Part shown: one piece after another, positions 19,871 to 32,408 of the stretch
Position numbering within the stretch: position 1 is the first letter of the stretch
Layout of the letters: each line of letters starts with the position of its first letter
Notes under the pieces: generated by a model
The model's database searches: none
Seen by the model: the letters and a program-made list of their open reading frames with translations, nothing else
What the model was told of the DNA's origin: nothing
Made by a program: the position numbers and the translations under genes
NCBI GenBank assembly: GCA_963758915.1
Contig: CAVWXH010000015.1
Coordinates: forward strand, 32,001-96,000
From: an uncultured Methanomicrobiales archaeon
GTDB lineage: Archaea > Halobacteriota > Methanomicrobia > Methanomicrobiales > Methanospirillaceae
DNA length: 64,000 nt
Direction: 5' to 3'

Positions 19871-20785
19871 TTATGTCTTCCCGTCCTTAATACGCTTATC
19901 ACCGTAGGGCACTTTCTTTTCGGTCACCATGGTACCAATGCCTTCATCGGTGAAGAGTTCCAGGAGGAGGTTATGGCGGATATTCCCATTCACAATATGG
20001 GCAAACCGGACACCCCGGCTCACGGCATCGATTAATGAGGTCACCTTTGGGATCATGCCTTCGCTGATGACACCCTGTGCCATCATTTCCCTGGCCTCAT
20101 CAAGGGCAAGCCTGCGATAGACGGTTGTCCTCTCCCGGTTCATCACGCCGTCAACATCAGTCATGTTGATTAATTTGTAGGCTTTCAGCGCGACTGCAAT
20201 GTCACCTGCGGCGGTATCTGCATTGATGTTCAGGTTCTGCCCGTTCCGGTCTATTGCAATCGGAGCGATTACGGGGATGTATTTGTTATCGAGAAGGGTG
20301 TTGAGTAGCGAGGGATCAACCACCTCGATATCCCCCACGTGGCCGAGGTCAACCTCCTGCTCTTTTCCGGCGACGGTGACTTTCTGGAGGCCCATTTTCT
20401 TCGCGATAATCAGGTCCCCGTCGTTTCCCGATACCCCGATACCCCGGGCACCGGACTTGGCGATCAGCGAGACGATCCCGGTATTGATCTTTCCCACCAG
20501 TACCATCTGGGCTATTTCAAGGGTTTCCTGGTCCGTGATACGGAGTCCTGAAACGAATTTGGGTTCTTTCCCCATGGCTTTCATTTTATCGGTGATCTCA
20601 GGGCCTCCGCCGTGCACGAGGACAACCCTGATTCCGACAAATTGCAGGAGGACTGCATCTTTTATTGCGTCCTCCAGTACATCAGGGTCCACCATCGCAT
20701 GGCCGCCAAGCTTGATCACCATCGTCTTTCCATGGAACTGCTGGATATAGGGGAGTGCTTCGGTGAGCACCTCTTCACGTTTCAT
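19871..20785 (-). CDS. argB: Acetylglutamate kinase
   Basis: EALPYI, VIKLGG, VHGGGP, GLRITD, NINAD, GMIPK. Confidence 0.95.
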   Translation of the reverse strand: MKREEVLTEALPYIQQFHGKTMVIKLGGHAMVDPDVLEDAIKDAVLLQFVGIRVVLVHGGGPEITDKMKAMGKEPKFVSGLRITDQETLEIAQMVLVGKINTGIVSLIAKSGARGIGVSGNDGDLIIAKKMGLQKVTVAGKEQEVDLGHVGDIEVVDPSLLNTLLDNKYIPVIAPIAIDRNGQNLNINADTAAGDIAVALKAYKLINMTDVDGVMNRERTTVYRRLALDEAREMMAQGVISEGMIPKVTSLIDAVSRGVRFAHIVNGNIRHNLLLELFTDEGIGTMVTEKKVPYGDKRIKDGKT

Positions 20786-21933
20786 GTGGTATACCTCCCA
20801 TTGATTTCGACATATTTTTCCGTCAGGTCACATCCCCATGCTGTTGCCGTCCCATCACCTGCATCGAGGTCGAGTTCGAATATCACCTTTTTCCCGGCCA
20901 TCAGGGATTTCGCCAGGACCAGGTCAACAACTATCTCGCCCGACCGGACAAGTTCCGCACGATCGGTCCCGTCCGAGATCCAGAGTGAGACCGCATACGG
21001 GTCAAACCTGACACCCGAACGTCCTGCCGCAGCTACCACCCGGCCCCAGTTAGGGTCCTGCCCATAAACGGCAGTCTTTACAAGAGGGGATGCTATGATG
21101 GTCTTTGCCACCACAGAGGCAGATTCTTCCGAAGGGGCCCCTGTGACCGTGACTTCCAGCAACTTCGTTGCACCTTCGCCGTCGATCGCGATCTGCATGG
21201 CAAGGGATCGGCAGCACTCTTCAAGTGCCTTCTGGAACTCATGTGGATTTACACGTCCCTGTACACCCGTCGAGGTACAGAGTGCGATATCGTTGGTACT
21301 TTCATCACCGTCGACCACCACCCTGTTGAACGTCCGCTTCACCGCGAGTTTTAATGATGACTGCAGGTCTCTGGCGCTGACTTCGGCATCTGTATAGAGA
21401 AAAGCAAGCATGGTACCCATATTGGGGGCGATCATCCCGCTGCCTTTGGTAATCCCTCCGACCGAGAAGGTCTCCCGCTGGATCAGGGCATGCTTCTCGA
21501 ATAAATCGGTGGTCATAATCCCCTTCGCTGCCTGTATTTCAGCTGATGCACTGCGTTCAAGACGCGGGGAGACCTCCTTTGCCTGCCGTGTAATCAGGGG
21601 AATATCGAGGTAGCGGCCGATTACCCCGGTGCTTGCAACGCCAATTTCAGTGGCATCCAGGTCCAGTTCTCCTGCGGCAATCTCTGCCATTGTCACTGCG
21701 TCCTGGTACCCCCGGTCGCCTGTATATGCATTGGCACAACCGCTGTTCGCGATCACCGCACTGAGTTTTCCCCTGGCCATACGCTCCTGCATCAGGACGA
21801 CCGGAGGGGCCTTCATGATATTCGAAGTGAAAACTCCGGCTGCAGTCCCTTCTGCCCGGATCAGGGTAAGACCATATTTCCCTTCCTTTACCCCGGCAGC
21901 TTTCACTCCTTCGACACCACAGATACTTTTCAT
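20782..21933 (-). CDS. argJ: Ornithine acetyltransferase
   Basis: [51 protein letters not shown]. Confidence 0.95.
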   Translation of the reverse strand: MKSICGVEGVKAAGVKEGKYGLTLIRAEGTAAGVFTSNIMKAPPVVLMQERMARGKLSAVIANSGCANAYTGDRGYQDAVTMAEIAAGELDLDATEIGVASTGVIGRYLDIPLITRQAKEVSPRLERSASAEIQAAKGIMTTDLFEKHALIQRETFSVGGITKGSGMIAPNMGTMLAFLYTDAEVSARDLQSSLKLAVKRTFNRVVVDGDESTNDIALCTSTGVQGRVNPHEFQKALEECCRSLAMQIAIDGEGATKLLEVTVTGAPSEESASVVAKTIIASPLVKTAVYGQDPNWGRVVAAAGRSGVRFDPYAVSLWISDGTDRAELVRSGEIVVDLVLAKSLMAGKKVIFELDLDAGDGTATAWGCDLTEKYVEINGRYTT

Positions 21934-21953
21934 CCTGACCTGCCTCCCGGAAT

Positions 21954-22445
21954 TTACCGGCCTGCCCCTTCGAAGCTGCTCCCGATCCCCTGGACAATGT
22001 CGGTATGGGTGATAATGCCAACGAGTCTGCGACCTTCCAATACCGGAAGGCGGGCGACATTCTCCTTATGCATCAATGCGGCTGCTTCCTCTATGTCCGC
22101 ACCTGAAGCGATAGTGATTGCCGGGTGGCCCATGATGTTCCCGACTTTTTCATCGCCGATGTGGGTCAGTGCCTTCTTTGTCTTTTCCCAGTTGATCATC
22201 TCGCGGATAGGGACTTCAATGATCTCCAGCGGGGACGGAAGCCAGAGGTCATCAGATATCTGGCCGGTCTCCAGGAGGTTTACAATGTCCGTGTCGGTTA
22301 CCATTCCGACCAGTACATCGTCATCCATTACCGGCAGACCACCGATACGGTTCTTTTTCAGCAATCCCGCTGCCTGCCGGACGGTATCATTGACAGATAC
22401 CACAATCGGATTTTTTGTCATTACTTCTGAAACGTTCATTCTCAT
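21954..22445 (-). CDS. CBS-domain pair protein
   Basis: VMTKNP, IGGLPV...LVGMVT, RLPV...LVGIIT. Confidence 0.88.
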   Translation of the reverse strand: MRMNVSEVMTKNPIVVSVNDTVRQAAGLLKKNRIGGLPVMDDDVLVGMVTDTDIVNLLETGQISDDLWLPSPLEIIEVPIREMINWEKTKKALTHIGDEKVGNIMGHPAITIASGADIEEAAALMHKENVARLPVLEGRRLVGIITHTDIVQGIGSSFEGAGR

Positions 22446-22451
22446 CTCACC

Positions 22452-23438
22452 TCAGGGGAATACGCCTGCCCCACGGAGCCCGTCATTCTCGGCGAACCCG
22501 CACATGATATTCATATTCTGGATTGCCTGGCCGCTTGCACCCTTGACGAGATTATCGATTGCCGATACAGCCACGACCCGTTCACCTTCGCTTTCAACCA
22601 TGACATCACAGAAATTTGATCCCCTGACGGTTGCGAGCATCGGTTTCTGGTACCTGATGAAATATTCCCCCTTGTAAAAGTCATGGTAGCATTTTTCAAC
22701 TTCTTCCTGCCCCATCGGCTCTTTAAGGAGAATGTGGGCAGTTGTGAGGATCCCCCGGGTGACCGGGACCAGGTGGGGCGTGAAATATACCTTTGCCGTG
22801 GAACCGAGTCGTGTGACCTCCATACGCATTTCGGCAAGGTGCCGGTGCGAAGTCCACTTGTAGGGGTTGATATTGTCGGCAACATTCGGGTAATGTGTCG
22901 TTGCCGACGGGTTATCCCCTGCCCCGCTGACACCTGTCTTTGAGTCATAGATAATCGTGTGGGCACGTCCTGCAAGGGGCGCTGCGGCGAGTGTCGCTCC
23001 TGTGGGGAAGCAGCCGGGATTGGAAACAAACCGGGCAGGGCCGCATGCATCACGGTGGAGTTCGGGGATCCCGTAGGGACACTCGAAGTACGCGGTATGG
23101 GGGACATCGTAGACCCTCTCGTATACATCTTTTGGGAGCCGGTAATCAGCACTCAGGTCGACAACTTTGATCCCGCGGTCAAGCAGCGGGGCGACATAAC
23201 TCATCGCCGCGGTGTGGGGGACCGCAAGAAACGCAAAATCTGCGTCAATCTCATCGGCGGAGGGATTTTCAAACAGGAGGTCAATCCGCCCTTTCAGGTG
23301 GGGATGCTCTTTCACAACGGGTGTTCCCGCAAGTTTGCGGGAAGTCGCACAGGTAACTTCTGCGGATGAGTGCGTCAGGAGGAGACGGATTAGTTCTCCA
23401 CCGGTATATCCTGAGGCACCAATGATCGCAACGTTCAT
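22452..23438 (-). CDS. argC: N-acetyl-gamma-glutamyl-phosphate reductase
   Basis: [44 protein letters not shown]. Confidence 0.96.
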   Translation of the reverse strand: MNVAIIGASGYTGGELIRLLLTHSSAEVTCATSRKLAGTPVVKEHPHLKGRIDLLFENPSADEIDADFAFLAVPHTAAMSYVAPLLDRGIKVVDLSADYRLPKDVYERVYDVPHTAYFECPYGIPELHRDACGPARFVSNPGCFPTGATLAAAPLAGRAHTIIYDSKTGVSGAGDNPSATTHYPNVADNINPYKWTSHRHLAEMRMEVTRLGSTAKVYFTPHLVPVTRGILTTAHILLKEPMGQEEVEKCYHDFYKGEYFIRYQKPMLATVRGSNFCDVMVESEGERVVAVSAIDNLVKGASGQAIQNMNIMCGFAENDGLRGAGVFP

Positions 23439-23708
23439 ACCATACTATTCTGTTGTAAAAACTTAATGGTTTTTAGGGATCATGGTTGCAATCTTGTTTA
23501 AATCAGGGAGATTTAAAAAATAGCGGTGTAATCAACGTAAAATGTAAGGTATTGTCAGTCTGTCATATCACCGTGGTTCTATAACCCCGCATCAGGCTTT
23601 ATTCAACACTACATCTATCTACTAAGTCGTGTGATTACCACGTGTAGTCAGTTTAAAAAAATTTAAATAGGTATTTATCATGATTAATAATGTTAAATCG
23701 GTGAGTAC

Positions 23709-25604
23709 ATGACCGAGGATTTCGATGTGAAACTCGTCGAGGATGTCAAGTCGTATACGCCTGACCCTCGTTATAAAAAGAATTCCTGGCTGGGCGACTA
23801 CAGGACTGCATATGATGAATTTCTGAAGGACCAGGATGCATTCTGGAGCAGGATGGCCCATGAACTCGATTGGATCCAACCATGGGATAAGGTCAAGGAA
23901 CTGGACTACCCGTATGCCAAGTGGTTTACCAATGCCAAACTGAACATCACGGCAAACTGTCTTGACCGTCAGGTTTCCGGAGACCGGCGCAACAAGGCCG
24001 CGTTGATCTGGAGAGGAGAGAATGGTGCTGAAAAGATTTACACGTACCAGCAGCTGCTCTCGTGTGTAATGCGGTTTGCGAACGTCCTGAAGAAGGTTGG
24101 TGTCAAAAAGGGAGACCGCGTCTGCATCTATATGCCACTCGTGCCGGAACAGGTCATTGCAATGCTCGCATGTGCCCGGATCGGTGCGGTCCATAGTGTC
24201 GTATTTGGAGGCTTTGGCGCCGCTGCACTCAATATGCGGATACAGGATGCAGAGGCAAAGGTCGTTATCACCGCAGATGTCAGCATCAGGAGAGGAAAGG
24301 TCATCCAGCTGAAATCAATCGTGGAAGAGGCCATTATCAATTCTTCCTCCGTTGAACACGTAATTGTTCTCAGGCGGCAGAGCCCGCAGGTAGAACTCCG
24401 TCCAAACCTTGAACTGGACTTCTATGAGATGATGAGGAGTGTGCCGGCAGATTGTCCGGCTGAAGTAATGGATGCCGAGGACACACTTTTCACCCTTTAT
24501 ACCAGCGGCTCCACCGGGAAGCCGAAAGGGATTGTGCATACCTGCGGCGGTTACATGGTGGGCACCTATTACACCAGTAAATATGTATTCGATATCAAGG
24601 ATAGCGATATTTTCTGGTGCACTGCAGACCCTGGCTGGATCACGGGTCACAGCTATATCGTGTACGGGCCGCTTGCAGTTGGGGCAACGGTATTCATCTC
24701 GGAACTGACCCCTGATTACCCTGATGCAGGGAGTTACTGGTCGCTTATCGAGGAGCAGAAAGTCACGATCTTCTACACCGCTCCCACGGCGATTCGGATG
24801 TTCATGAAAATGGGGGAGACCTGGCCGGACAAGTACAACCTGAGTTCTTTACGGATTATCGGTTCTGTCGGGGAACCGCTGAACCCCGAAGCATTCGAAT
24901 GGTACTACCAGGTAATAGGGAAGAAAAAGTGCCCGATCCTCGACACGTGGTGGCAGACTGAGACCGGGATGCACATGATTACCACCATGCTCGGCGAGCC
25001 GATGCGCCCGGGTTTCGCGGGCCTCCCGATCCCTGGTATCGAAGCAGACGTTGTCGATAAAGATGGTAATTCTGTCAAGCCCGGGACCGGCGGGTTCCTC
25101 GTAGTCAAGTCACCGTGGCCTTCCATGCTCCGGACGGTCTACGGGGATGACGAACGCTACCGTAAATACTGGTATACCATTGACGGGGTCTATACCGTCG
25201 GCGACCTGGCGGTAAAGGGAAAAGATGGTTACATCATGATCCTGGGCAGGTCTGATGATATTATCATCGTTGCCGGCCACAATATCGGGACCGCCGAAGT
25301 GGAGAGCGCGCTTGTTTCCCACCATTCGGTTGCTGAATCCGCAGTGATCGGGAAACCGGATTTCGTCAAGGGGAATTCAATCAAGGCCTTTGTAATCCTC
25401 AGGGTCGGGCACGAGCCGAATGATAAGCTTAAACAGGACCTGATGTACCATGTCCGGATGACGATTGGCCCGATTGCAGTGCCGCAGGAGATCGAATTTG
25501 TCGATAAACTTCCAAAGACCCGCAGCGGCAAGATCATGCGAAGGGTACTCAAGGCGAAGGAGATGGGCATAGACCCCGGGGATATCTCAACCCTTGATGA
25601 ATAA
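23709..25604 (+). CDS. acs: AMP-forming acetyl-CoA synthetase
   Basis: [38 protein letters not shown]. Confidence 0.95.
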   Translation: MTEDFDVKLVEDVKSYTPDPRYKKNSWLGDYRTAYDEFLKDQDAFWSRMAHELDWIQPWDKVKELDYPYAKWFTNAKLNITANCLDRQVSGDRRNKAALIWRGENGAEKIYTYQQLLSCVMRFANVLKKVGVKKGDRVCIYMPLVPEQVIAMLACARIGAVHSVVFGGFGAAALNMRIQDAEAKVVITADVSIRRGKVIQLKSIVEEAIINSSSVEHVIVLRRQSPQVELRPNLELDFYEMMRSVPADCPAEVMDAEDTLFTLYTSGSTGKPKGIVHTCGGYMVGTYYTSKYVFDIKDSDIFWCTADPGWITGHSYIVYGPLAVGATVFISELTPDYPDAGSYWSLIEEQKVTIFYTAPTAIRMFMKMGETWPDKYNLSSLRIIGSVGEPLNPEAFEWYYQVIGKKKCPILDTWWQTETGMHMITTMLGEPMRPGFAGLPIPGIEADVVDKDGNSVKPGTGGFLVVKSPWPSMLRTVYGDDERYRKYWYTIDGVYTVGDLAVKGKDGYIMILGRSDDIIIVAGHNIGTAEVESALVSHHSVAESAVIGKPDFVKGNSIKAFVILRVGHEPNDKLKQDLMYHVRMTIGPIAVPQEIEFVDKLPKTRSGKIMRRVLKAKEMGIDPGDISTLDE

Positions 25605-25675
25605 CAATTCCAATTATTTTTTTTTACCCCTATAAACCAGGCTAACAGATCATTTCAGTAACGGAGGATCGGAAT

Positions 25676-26938
25676 ATGAGTGAAACTACAACAGAAAAAA
25701 TCATGGGAATGGATGCGGAAAAAGGGCGCTGGGTCCTGGTCATCCTTGGAATGGTGATAAACCTCTGTCTTGGTTCAATTTACTCGTGGAGTGTGTTCGT
25801 TGCACCACTTACCGCATATTTCACAACGCTGGGCCAGACAGTCACGGCAAGTGAGATCCTTCTGCCTTTTTCCGTTTTCCTCGCATTTTTTGCGATCGCA
25901 ATGCCACTGACCGGTAAGTACATCGAGCAGCTGGGACCGAGGAACGTGGTGATTATCGGCGGGTGCCTTACCGGGCTCGGCTGGCTCCTCTCATCCTTCG
26001 CAGGTTCAGTCCAGTGGCTCTATATTTTCTATGGCGTGATTGCCGGTACCGGAGTCGGAATAGCCTACGGTGTGCCTGTTGCGGTTGCAGCACGCTGGTT
26101 CCCTGACAAGAGGGGGCTTGCCGTGGGCCTTACCCTTCTGGGTTTTGGGTTTTCGGCGCTTATCACCGCAAATATCGCCGGGTACCTCATCGGGGCTTCG
26201 GGTGTGATGAACACCTTCAGGGTCTTTGGGATTGTATTCATCGTCCTGATTTTTGTCCTGGCATTACCACTTAAATTTCCAAAAGCAGGGTGGAAACCAG
26301 CCGGGTGGGCCCCGCCGCCGCCAAAACCAGGCCAGGCAGTTACCTGCGAATTTAACCGGGGACAGATGCTCCGGACCCGTGCATTCTACGCACTCTGGGC
26401 CTGTTATTTTATTGGCTGCCTCGCAGGGCTGATGGCAATCGGAATTGCCAAGCCTGTCGGGACCGATATCGGCGTCGCGACCGGGCTCGCAACCATGCTG
26501 GTCGGAGTCTTTGCGGTGTTCAATGGTTTCGGGCGTCCCGGGTTTGGTCTGCTGACTGACCGGATTTCCCCACGGAATACAGCAATGGTCTCATTCGTCC
26601 TGATCGCCGTTGCCGCTGTCCTTCTCTGGCAGGTCCCGACAGTACCGGTCTATATCCTTGGGTTCATCATCCTGTGGGGATGCCTTGGCGGGTGGCTTGC
26701 CATTGCACCGACTGCATGTGGCAGTTACTTCGGCACCTGCGATTATCCCAGGTGTTATGGTGTGCTCTTCCTCGCGTATGGTGCGGGAGGTATCGTCGGC
26801 CCGCAGCTTGCCGGGTTTATCAAGACCTCATCCGGGTCGTACCTCGGGGTATTCCCCTATATCATGGTACTCGCAATCATAGGACTCGTAATTGCATTCA
26901 CCATGCTGAAGCCCCCGAAGGCTCCGGCACTTGAGTAA
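25676..26938 (+). CDS. MFS transporter, oxalate:formate antiporter-like (OFA)
   Basis: GSIYSWSVF, WFPDKRGLAVG, FNGFGR; about 12 TM segments. Confidence 0.85.
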   Translation: MSETTTEKIMGMDAEKGRWVLVILGMVINLCLGSIYSWSVFVAPLTAYFTTLGQTVTASEILLPFSVFLAFFAIAMPLTGKYIEQLGPRNVVIIGGCLTGLGWLLSSFAGSVQWLYIFYGVIAGTGVGIAYGVPVAVAARWFPDKRGLAVGLTLLGFGFSALITANIAGYLIGASGVMNTFRVFGIVFIVLIFVLALPLKFPKAGWKPAGWAPPPPKPGQAVTCEFNRGQMLRTRAFYALWACYFIGCLAGLMAIGIAKPVGTDIGVATGLATMLVGVFAVFNGFGRPGFGLLTDRISPRNTAMVSFVLIAVAAVLLWQVPTVPVYILGFIILWGCLGGWLAIAPTACGSYFGTCDYPRCYGVLFLAYGAGGIVGPQLAGFIKTSSGSYLGVFPYIMVLAIIGLVIAFTMLKPPKAPALE

Positions 26939-26944
26939 TTTTTT

Positions 26945-28054
26945 TTACCCAGAAGGGTGCTGATAGATGCGTTTTCGCTGGGCCATGTGGTAACCCGAGA
27001 CAACGAGCACGGTTTCGCCAAACTCTGCGTCAAGATCTGAGTCCCCGGAGTCAACATACAGGACAGGGGTTTCCCTGAGTTTATGGGGGGTTGCTACCAC
27101 AATGATATTGCCAGTCCCGACCCGTCGGACGATACGGGGGCTAATCTGCTGGTTGCCCCGGCCAAGGATGAATCCCTGGGCACCAATGGGACTGATGAGA
27201 ATTTTTGCCTCCTCCCCCTGGAGGAGCAAATCCCAGAGTGTTTGTTCGTTGATGTCGATTGCAACAGTTTTTCCGTTTTTTATTGCATCAACACCCAGCA
27301 GCGTCTTATTCACCCCGGTTACACGGGCAATAGCTTCGGTAGTGGTCCCTGCACCAAGGACATAGAGCACATCAGGGATCATTATTTCATGTATAAACCG
27401 GGCAATTTCTCCTTTTGCCCGTTCCTCATCCCCCTCTTCAAAAACGTGCTTGGAGAGCTGGACTTTTCCCGCAAGAGCCGGTGTACGGGCGATCCCATAC
27501 AAGCGGGTTTTCAGCTCCCCGGCCCGGTATGCCTCTTCGTCCACATCCATTATTTCTGAGTCGCGCAGGGACTGCACATCATACCCGTTCACAAGTTCTG
27601 CTGCGGTTGTGGGATCAATGGCAAATACGGCGGAGTACATCTTCACTCCGGCAGGAATACCAAGGAGCGGCAGGTCACGGCCAACAGCATCAAAGATATC
27701 CCGGGCAGTCCCGTCGCCCCCGCAAAAAAGGACCAGGTCAACACCGGCATTTTTGAACGCTATTGCTGCCTTGCGGGTATCATTGGCACTGCTTTCGTCG
27801 CGATAATGATAGAGGACCTGGTAATCCTGCACCCCAGCCTCCACGAGGGCTTCCTCTCCCATCTGGCCGGAACAGGTAACAAAACATATACCAGATTCAC
27901 GGGCGAGCAGGGCGAGCGTGATATGGGCCCGGTTTTTTGCCTGCGGTGACGCACCCCGGCGGCGGGCTTCTTCAACATTGCCATCGGTCCCTTTTAGCCC
28001 CACGGCACCACCCATACCGGCTACCGGGTTGATCAAAAATCCGATGCGTCGCAT
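26945..28054 (-). CDS. ATP-NAD/AcoX kinase family protein
   Basis: NPVAGMGG, GLKGTDG, GGDGTARD, IPAGVKMYSAVFA, GRGNQQ. Confidence 0.85.
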   Translation of the reverse strand: MRRIGFLINPVAGMGGAVGLKGTDGNVEEARRRGASPQAKNRAHITLALLARESGICFVTCSGQMGEEALVEAGVQDYQVLYHYRDESSANDTRKAAIAFKNAGVDLVLFCGGDGTARDIFDAVGRDLPLLGIPAGVKMYSAVFAIDPTTAAELVNGYDVQSLRDSEIMDVDEEAYRAGELKTRLYGIARTPALAGKVQLSKHVFEEGDEERAKGEIARFIHEIMIPDVLYVLGAGTTTEAIARVTGVNKTLLGVDAIKNGKTVAIDINEQTLWDLLLQGEEAKILISPIGAQGFILGRGNQQISPRIVRRVGTGNIIVVATPHKLRETPVLYVDSGDSDLDAEFGETVLVVSGYHMAQRKRIYQHPSG

Positions 28055-28071
28055 AAAAAAAGTAAACGTAA

Positions 28072-29430
28072 TCAGGAAATTTTTGGTATCCGGGCAATCG
28101 CCTCTTTTATCAACGCGTCCGGGTATTCGTAGTCCACCAGTTTGCCTTCGTAATAGGCATCATATGCCGACATATCGAAATTACCATGGCCAGAACAGTT
28201 AAAGAGAATGGTCTTGTCCTCCCCGGTCTTTTTGCAGGCGAGGGCCTCATCAATTGCAGATTTTACCGCATGGGAGGTCTCGGGTGCGACAATAATCCCC
28301 TCCGTCCTGGCGAAGGTCTGGGCTGCATCAAAGACCTCGCTCTGGTGGTAGGCGACAGCCCGCATTATTCCGTCATGAACAAGGCGGGATACAATCGGGG
28401 AGTCCCCGTGGTAGCGGAGACCACCTGCATGCATGGAGGGCGGGACAAAATCATGACCAAGCGTGAACATCTTGAGAAGCGGGGTGTAGCCTGCTTCATC
28501 GGCAAGGTCATACGTAAACAACCCTTTTGTGAGCGTCGGGCAGGAGGCTGGTTCAACACCGATAATGTCCACATCCTTGTGCTTTCCTGTCAGCTTGTCC
28601 CCGGCAAACGGGAACGAAATCCCGGCGAAGTTTGACCCTCCGCCAACACACCCGATCACAACGTCGGGGTAATCGTCGACCATCGCAAGCTGTTCACGGC
28701 ATTCGAGCCCAATTACAGTCTGGTGGAGACAGACATGGTTTAACACCGAGCCTAATGCATAATTGGTATTCTTGTTGGATGCCGCATCCTCAACTGCTTC
28801 AGAGATGGCCATACCAAGGCTACCCGGGGTATCAGGGTCTTTTTCGAGCATTGCACGGCCGGCATTCGTCCTGGTGCTCGGGCTGGGGATGCATTCCGCA
28901 CCCCATACGTGCATCATCGACTTCCGGTACGGTTTCTGTGCATAGCTCGACCTGACCATGTAAACAGTACAATCGAGATCATAGAGCATAGTTGCAAAGG
29001 ACATCGCAGAACCCCACTGGCCGGCTCCGGTCTCGGTGGCGATTCGCTCAATCCCTTCCTTCATGTTATAATATGCCTGTGGGATAGACGTGTTCGTCTT
29101 ATGACTCCCGGCCGGGCTAACCCCTTCCCACTTGTAGTAAATCTTCGCCGGTGTCTTTAAGAATTTTTCAAGCCTGTGGGCGCGGTACAGCGGGCTCGGT
29201 CTCCAGAGGTGTAACACGTCCTGCACCTCTCCGGGAATATCGATATAACGGTCAGTGGTCACTTCCTGCCGGATAATCTCCATGGGGAATATTGCGGAAA
29301 GGTCATCAGGCCCAATGGGTTTGTGGGTCGCAGGGTGGAGCGGGGGGTCCAGCGGGGTTTTAAGATCCGCCTGGACATTATACCACCGTTTTGGCATCTG
29401 GTCCTCGTCGAGGAGGATTTTTGTTTGCAT
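28072..29430 (-). CDS. trpB: Tryptophan synthase beta type 2 (TrpB2)
   Basis: GSHKTN PLP Lys, [28 protein letters not shown]; no trpA adjacent. Confidence 0.92.
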   Translation of the reverse strand: MQTKILLDEDQMPKRWYNVQADLKTPLDPPLHPATHKPIGPDDLSAIFPMEIIRQEVTTDRYIDIPGEVQDVLHLWRPSPLYRAHRLEKFLKTPAKIYYKWEGVSPAGSHKTNTSIPQAYYNMKEGIERIATETGAGQWGSAMSFATMLYDLDCTVYMVRSSYAQKPYRKSMMHVWGAECIPSPSTRTNAGRAMLEKDPDTPGSLGMAISEAVEDAASNKNTNYALGSVLNHVCLHQTVIGLECREQLAMVDDYPDVVIGCVGGGSNFAGISFPFAGDKLTGKHKDVDIIGVEPASCPTLTKGLFTYDLADEAGYTPLLKMFTLGHDFVPPSMHAGGLRYHGDSPIVSRLVHDGIMRAVAYHQSEVFDAAQTFARTEGIIVAPETSHAVKSAIDEALACKKTGEDKTILFNCSGHGNFDMSAYDAYYEGKLVDYEYPDALIKEAIARIPKIS

Positions 29431-29642
29431 AATATCAATCTTCTCTGTACATATTTATACATTGTTGAAGGAATATTTTTGCCGGGTTTGAATATGCAAG
29501 GATAATGAAAATAATATTTGGAGGCACTGATACGTACCTGGTAACTCGGTTATGACAATCCGCTGTTCACCGCCTAGGGTACCCGGAGGGAAAAGATCAG
29601 TCCCGGATACTATTATCCGCTTTTCGGAACTACCTGTCATTA

Positions 29643-30347
29643 ATGTGCGGGCGCTTCTCTATAGCCGTGAGGATTGGTTACCTGGCTGATCGCTTTGGCG
29701 TCCCTGAACCTGGAGGGGTCTCCCTGCCTTTGTACAATATCGCACCAGGGGAAGAAGTTCCTGTCATTGCCGGGTCCGGGAGCGCACAGTGTATCATCAT
29801 GCAATGGGGCCTTATTCCCTCATGGGCTAATAAGAAGAACGCCTCAGCGGCAGTGATAAATGCCAGGGCTGAGGGACTGAATGAAAAGAAACTGTTCCGG
29901 ACACTGCTCTCACATGGCCGATGTATCGTACCGGCATCAGGCTTTTATGAATGGAAAAAGTCAGGAGATCAGAAGTTCCCCTGTTACTTCAGGATGAAAA
30001 GCCAGGAGATTTTTGGCATGGCCGGACTTTGCGATTCCTGGAAGGCACCTGATGGCAGGATTGTATGGTCTTTCACCATTATCACTACCGGCCCGAATTC
30101 GCTGGTCCTCCCTGTCCATAACCGGATGCCGGCAGTGCTTAAACAAGAAGACGAAAAAACCTGGCTTAATCCGAAATTTGGTTCCTTTGAAGAACTGGCA
30201 CCATTGCTCAATCCATACCCGTCTGTTGGGATGGAACGATACCGGGTAACAAAAAAAGTGAACCAGCCATCGTTCAAATCAGATACCGCGGTTCAGGAAG
30301 AGATCCCTGTGACGAATACCCGCCTCAGTATGTGGGATAAAGAGTAG
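29643..30347 (+). CDS. SRAP/HMCES (SOS response-associated peptidase) abasic-site protein
   Basis: MCGRF, YNIAP, WGLIP, INARAE, GFYEW, HNRMP. Confidence 0.93.
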   Translation: MCGRFSIAVRIGYLADRFGVPEPGGVSLPLYNIAPGEEVPVIAGSGSAQCIIMQWGLIPSWANKKNASAAVINARAEGLNEKKLFRTLLSHGRCIVPASGFYEWKKSGDQKFPCYFRMKSQEIFGMAGLCDSWKAPDGRIVWSFTIITTGPNSLVLPVHNRMPAVLKQEDEKTWLNPKFGSFEELAPLLNPYPSVGMERYRVTKKVNQPSFKSDTAVQEEIPVTNTRLSMWDKE

Positions 30348-30494
30348 GTTCATTATTCATGCAGGGAACATGAACCGTTAGCTGGACCCGTTCGGGATAT
30401 CAGACACGAGGTATTCCAGAAATGCTTCTTTCCGGCGTTTGGCAATTATAGTAAATCCAGTCTGGACCAGGCAGACAGAAGGGAGATGATTGAT

Positions 30495-31100
30495 CTATCC
30501 GTTTTGTTTTTTTGCGATTTCCTCCCGTAATGTATCACGGGTGGACATGAGTTTTGCGATCTCTTCCCTGAAATTATCCACCTCAAACTGCTGCCTGTCG
30601 ATCTCCTTCTGAATATGCTGTATTGTATGAATGTTTTCGGGATCAGTCAATAACCGGTCTCTCTCCAGGCGGAGCCTCTCAAGGGCCGTCTCCATACCGT
30701 CGAGCTCAAACGCATTTTTCTCGATCTGGCAGGTCAGGTAGAGTACCTCGGCCTTGTCCAGGGGGTCATTCTTGTCTGGTCCGGCTTTTTGACCGAGGAG
30801 GAACTTCAGGTTATCCCGCTCGGTCTCCAGTTCGCGGACCTTTCGCTTCAGCTGTTCAACACTATCATGACAGTCCCCACCGGGATGCGGGGTATACACC
30901 TCTGCATGTACATACGCGGCATCAGGAGGGCAGGTACCATTTTTACATGCAGGGACTTCTTTCATTATGGACTGGCGCTGAACAAGAGATTCGTTTATTG
31001 CGTGGCTGATCCAGTCCCGGGGTTCAATCCCTTTCATCCTGGCATCTTCGATGATTCTCTTGTAGGTGGTATCATCAATTTTTGCCAGTAGTTCGTGCAT
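30495..31100 (-). CDS. Hypothetical protein: RHH-like N-terminus, Cys/His linker, coiled coil
   Basis: 201-aa ORF with a heptad-rich C-terminal half. Domain calls are inference. Confidence 0.6.
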   Translation of the reverse strand: MHELLAKIDDTTYKRIIEDARMKGIEPRDWISHAINESLVQRQSIMKEVPACKNGTCPPDAAYVHAEVYTPHPGGDCHDSVEQLKRKVRELETERDNLKFLLGQKAGPDKNDPLDKAEVLYLTCQIEKNAFELDGMETALERLRLERDRLLTDPENIHTIQHIQKEIDRQQFEVDNFREEIAKLMSTRDTLREEIAKKQNG

Positions 31101-31278
31101 GAAGGAGTGTTATTGGCTGGGTTTTTAAGAATTACGATCTGTCCTGCCAGTTTTTGGTGCATTCATCAAAAAAACGATAATTATGAGAGGTTATCAAAAA
31201 AAGTGGATGATTTTTTCCACATCAATATCTCTAAAACCCAGGTCCCGGAATCAGAATCCAGCGAAATTGAAGATTTGC

Positions 31279-31628
31279 AACTTTGTTGAAACCCTCTCAT
31301 CTGTCTTGCTGGTTTGGTTATTCCCAAGTATACCCGCGCTCCAGGGGCTTCGCCCCGCCACTGTGGCGGCCCCGGTTGGGATAGGTAATGACCTTTAAAT
31401 CTCTAGAAATTTTCAGCAATACGGCAGTTGAACCTTGCTCATAGGATATCGTGTTGGGTTGTGGCAGGGAGGGGGTGAAACCTCCTCCTGTCTACCTATT
31501 TTCTTTTTTTTAAAATATGCAGGTTTTCCCATTAAATACCTGAAAAGACCCCAATATATGGGTAATTTGAGCGAGAAGTGTTCATGGTCCGGGTGTGAAC
31601 GTCCCGTTCATAGATGTTTAACGAAACC
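31279..31628. mobile_element. MITE-like element copy B (long form, about 350 bp)
   Basis: Left AACTTTGTTGAA, right TTTAACGAAACC; flanks aagatttgc/cagattttt; hairpins GGGGCTTCGCCCC and GGAGGGGGTGAAACCTCCTCC. Confidence 0.75.
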
Positions 31629-31667
31629 CAGATTTTTCCAAAATATACAAGGTGTACCTGGGTGACC

Positions 31668-31895
31668 CTACGAATCTATCCGGATAATCTGGACCGGGCA
31701 GAGGTCAGCGGCTTCCTGTACACAACCGGCGAGGCCCGCAGGAGCTTCACCAGTGCTGATACTTTTCTCTTTCCTGAACTCTTTCCTTACCATTGAGAAC
31801 GAATCGTCCGGATTTTCTTCAAAAAACAAAGGACATTCGGTCCAGCAGGACGCACAACTGATACAGCTTTCGCGATCTATGGTGACCTTTGGCAT
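31668..31895 (-). CDS. Single-cluster ferredoxin
   Basis: CISCASCWTECP ... ADLCPVQII. Confidence 0.88.
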   Translation of the reverse strand: MPKVTIDRESCISCASCWTECPLFFEENPDDSFSMVRKEFRKEKSISTGEAPAGLAGCVQEAADLCPVQIIRIDS

Positions 31896-31957
31896 GGTTA
31901 GAGGTACTCATCTGCGGCATTTAAGCTTCAGGGTAGACATTTCCTGGTCCTGGCCTC

Positions 31958-32275
31958 TCATTTTACGAGGAACTTACGCATGCCGAAATAAGTCGCAATT
32001 CCGACAATAGGAACAATAACCGATGCGAATACGAGGAACGCAAGGAATTCTGTCGAAGGGTTCAGGAGTTCGAAAGCAAATGCCAGGAGGGCACTGACTG
32101 CCAGGATTATAAGGTTGTTACCTACAAAGTCTGCCAGTCCTTTTTTGTCTCTGACCTTTTTTTCATCATAACCTGCGATGATATCGACCCTTCCCTTGTA
32201 TTTGATCATGTAGGCAAGGACTGCAAAAAGGACAATGAAAAATTCAGTCATTCCGAGGATCAGTATATTCGTCAT
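31958..32275 (-). CDS. Small membrane protein (DUF3784-like)
   Basis: Three hydrophobic segments with an IIAGYD motif. Confidence 0.65.
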   Translation of the reverse strand: MTNILILGMTEFFIVLFAVLAYMIKYKGRVDIIAGYDEKKVRDKKGLADFVGNNLIILAVSALLAFAFELLNPSTEFLAFLVFASVIVPIVGIATYFGMRKFLVK

Positions 32276-32408
32276 TCCGGCACCCCATTTTATCTAGTAT
32301 TGTTCCTGCATGACGTATTAGCTTCTCCTTTGAAGACCAGTGGATTCTCTTTCCCGCCTGCTAACTACGGGGACATATAAATAGTCCTTTCTCCCCATTT
32401 GGCACTAT

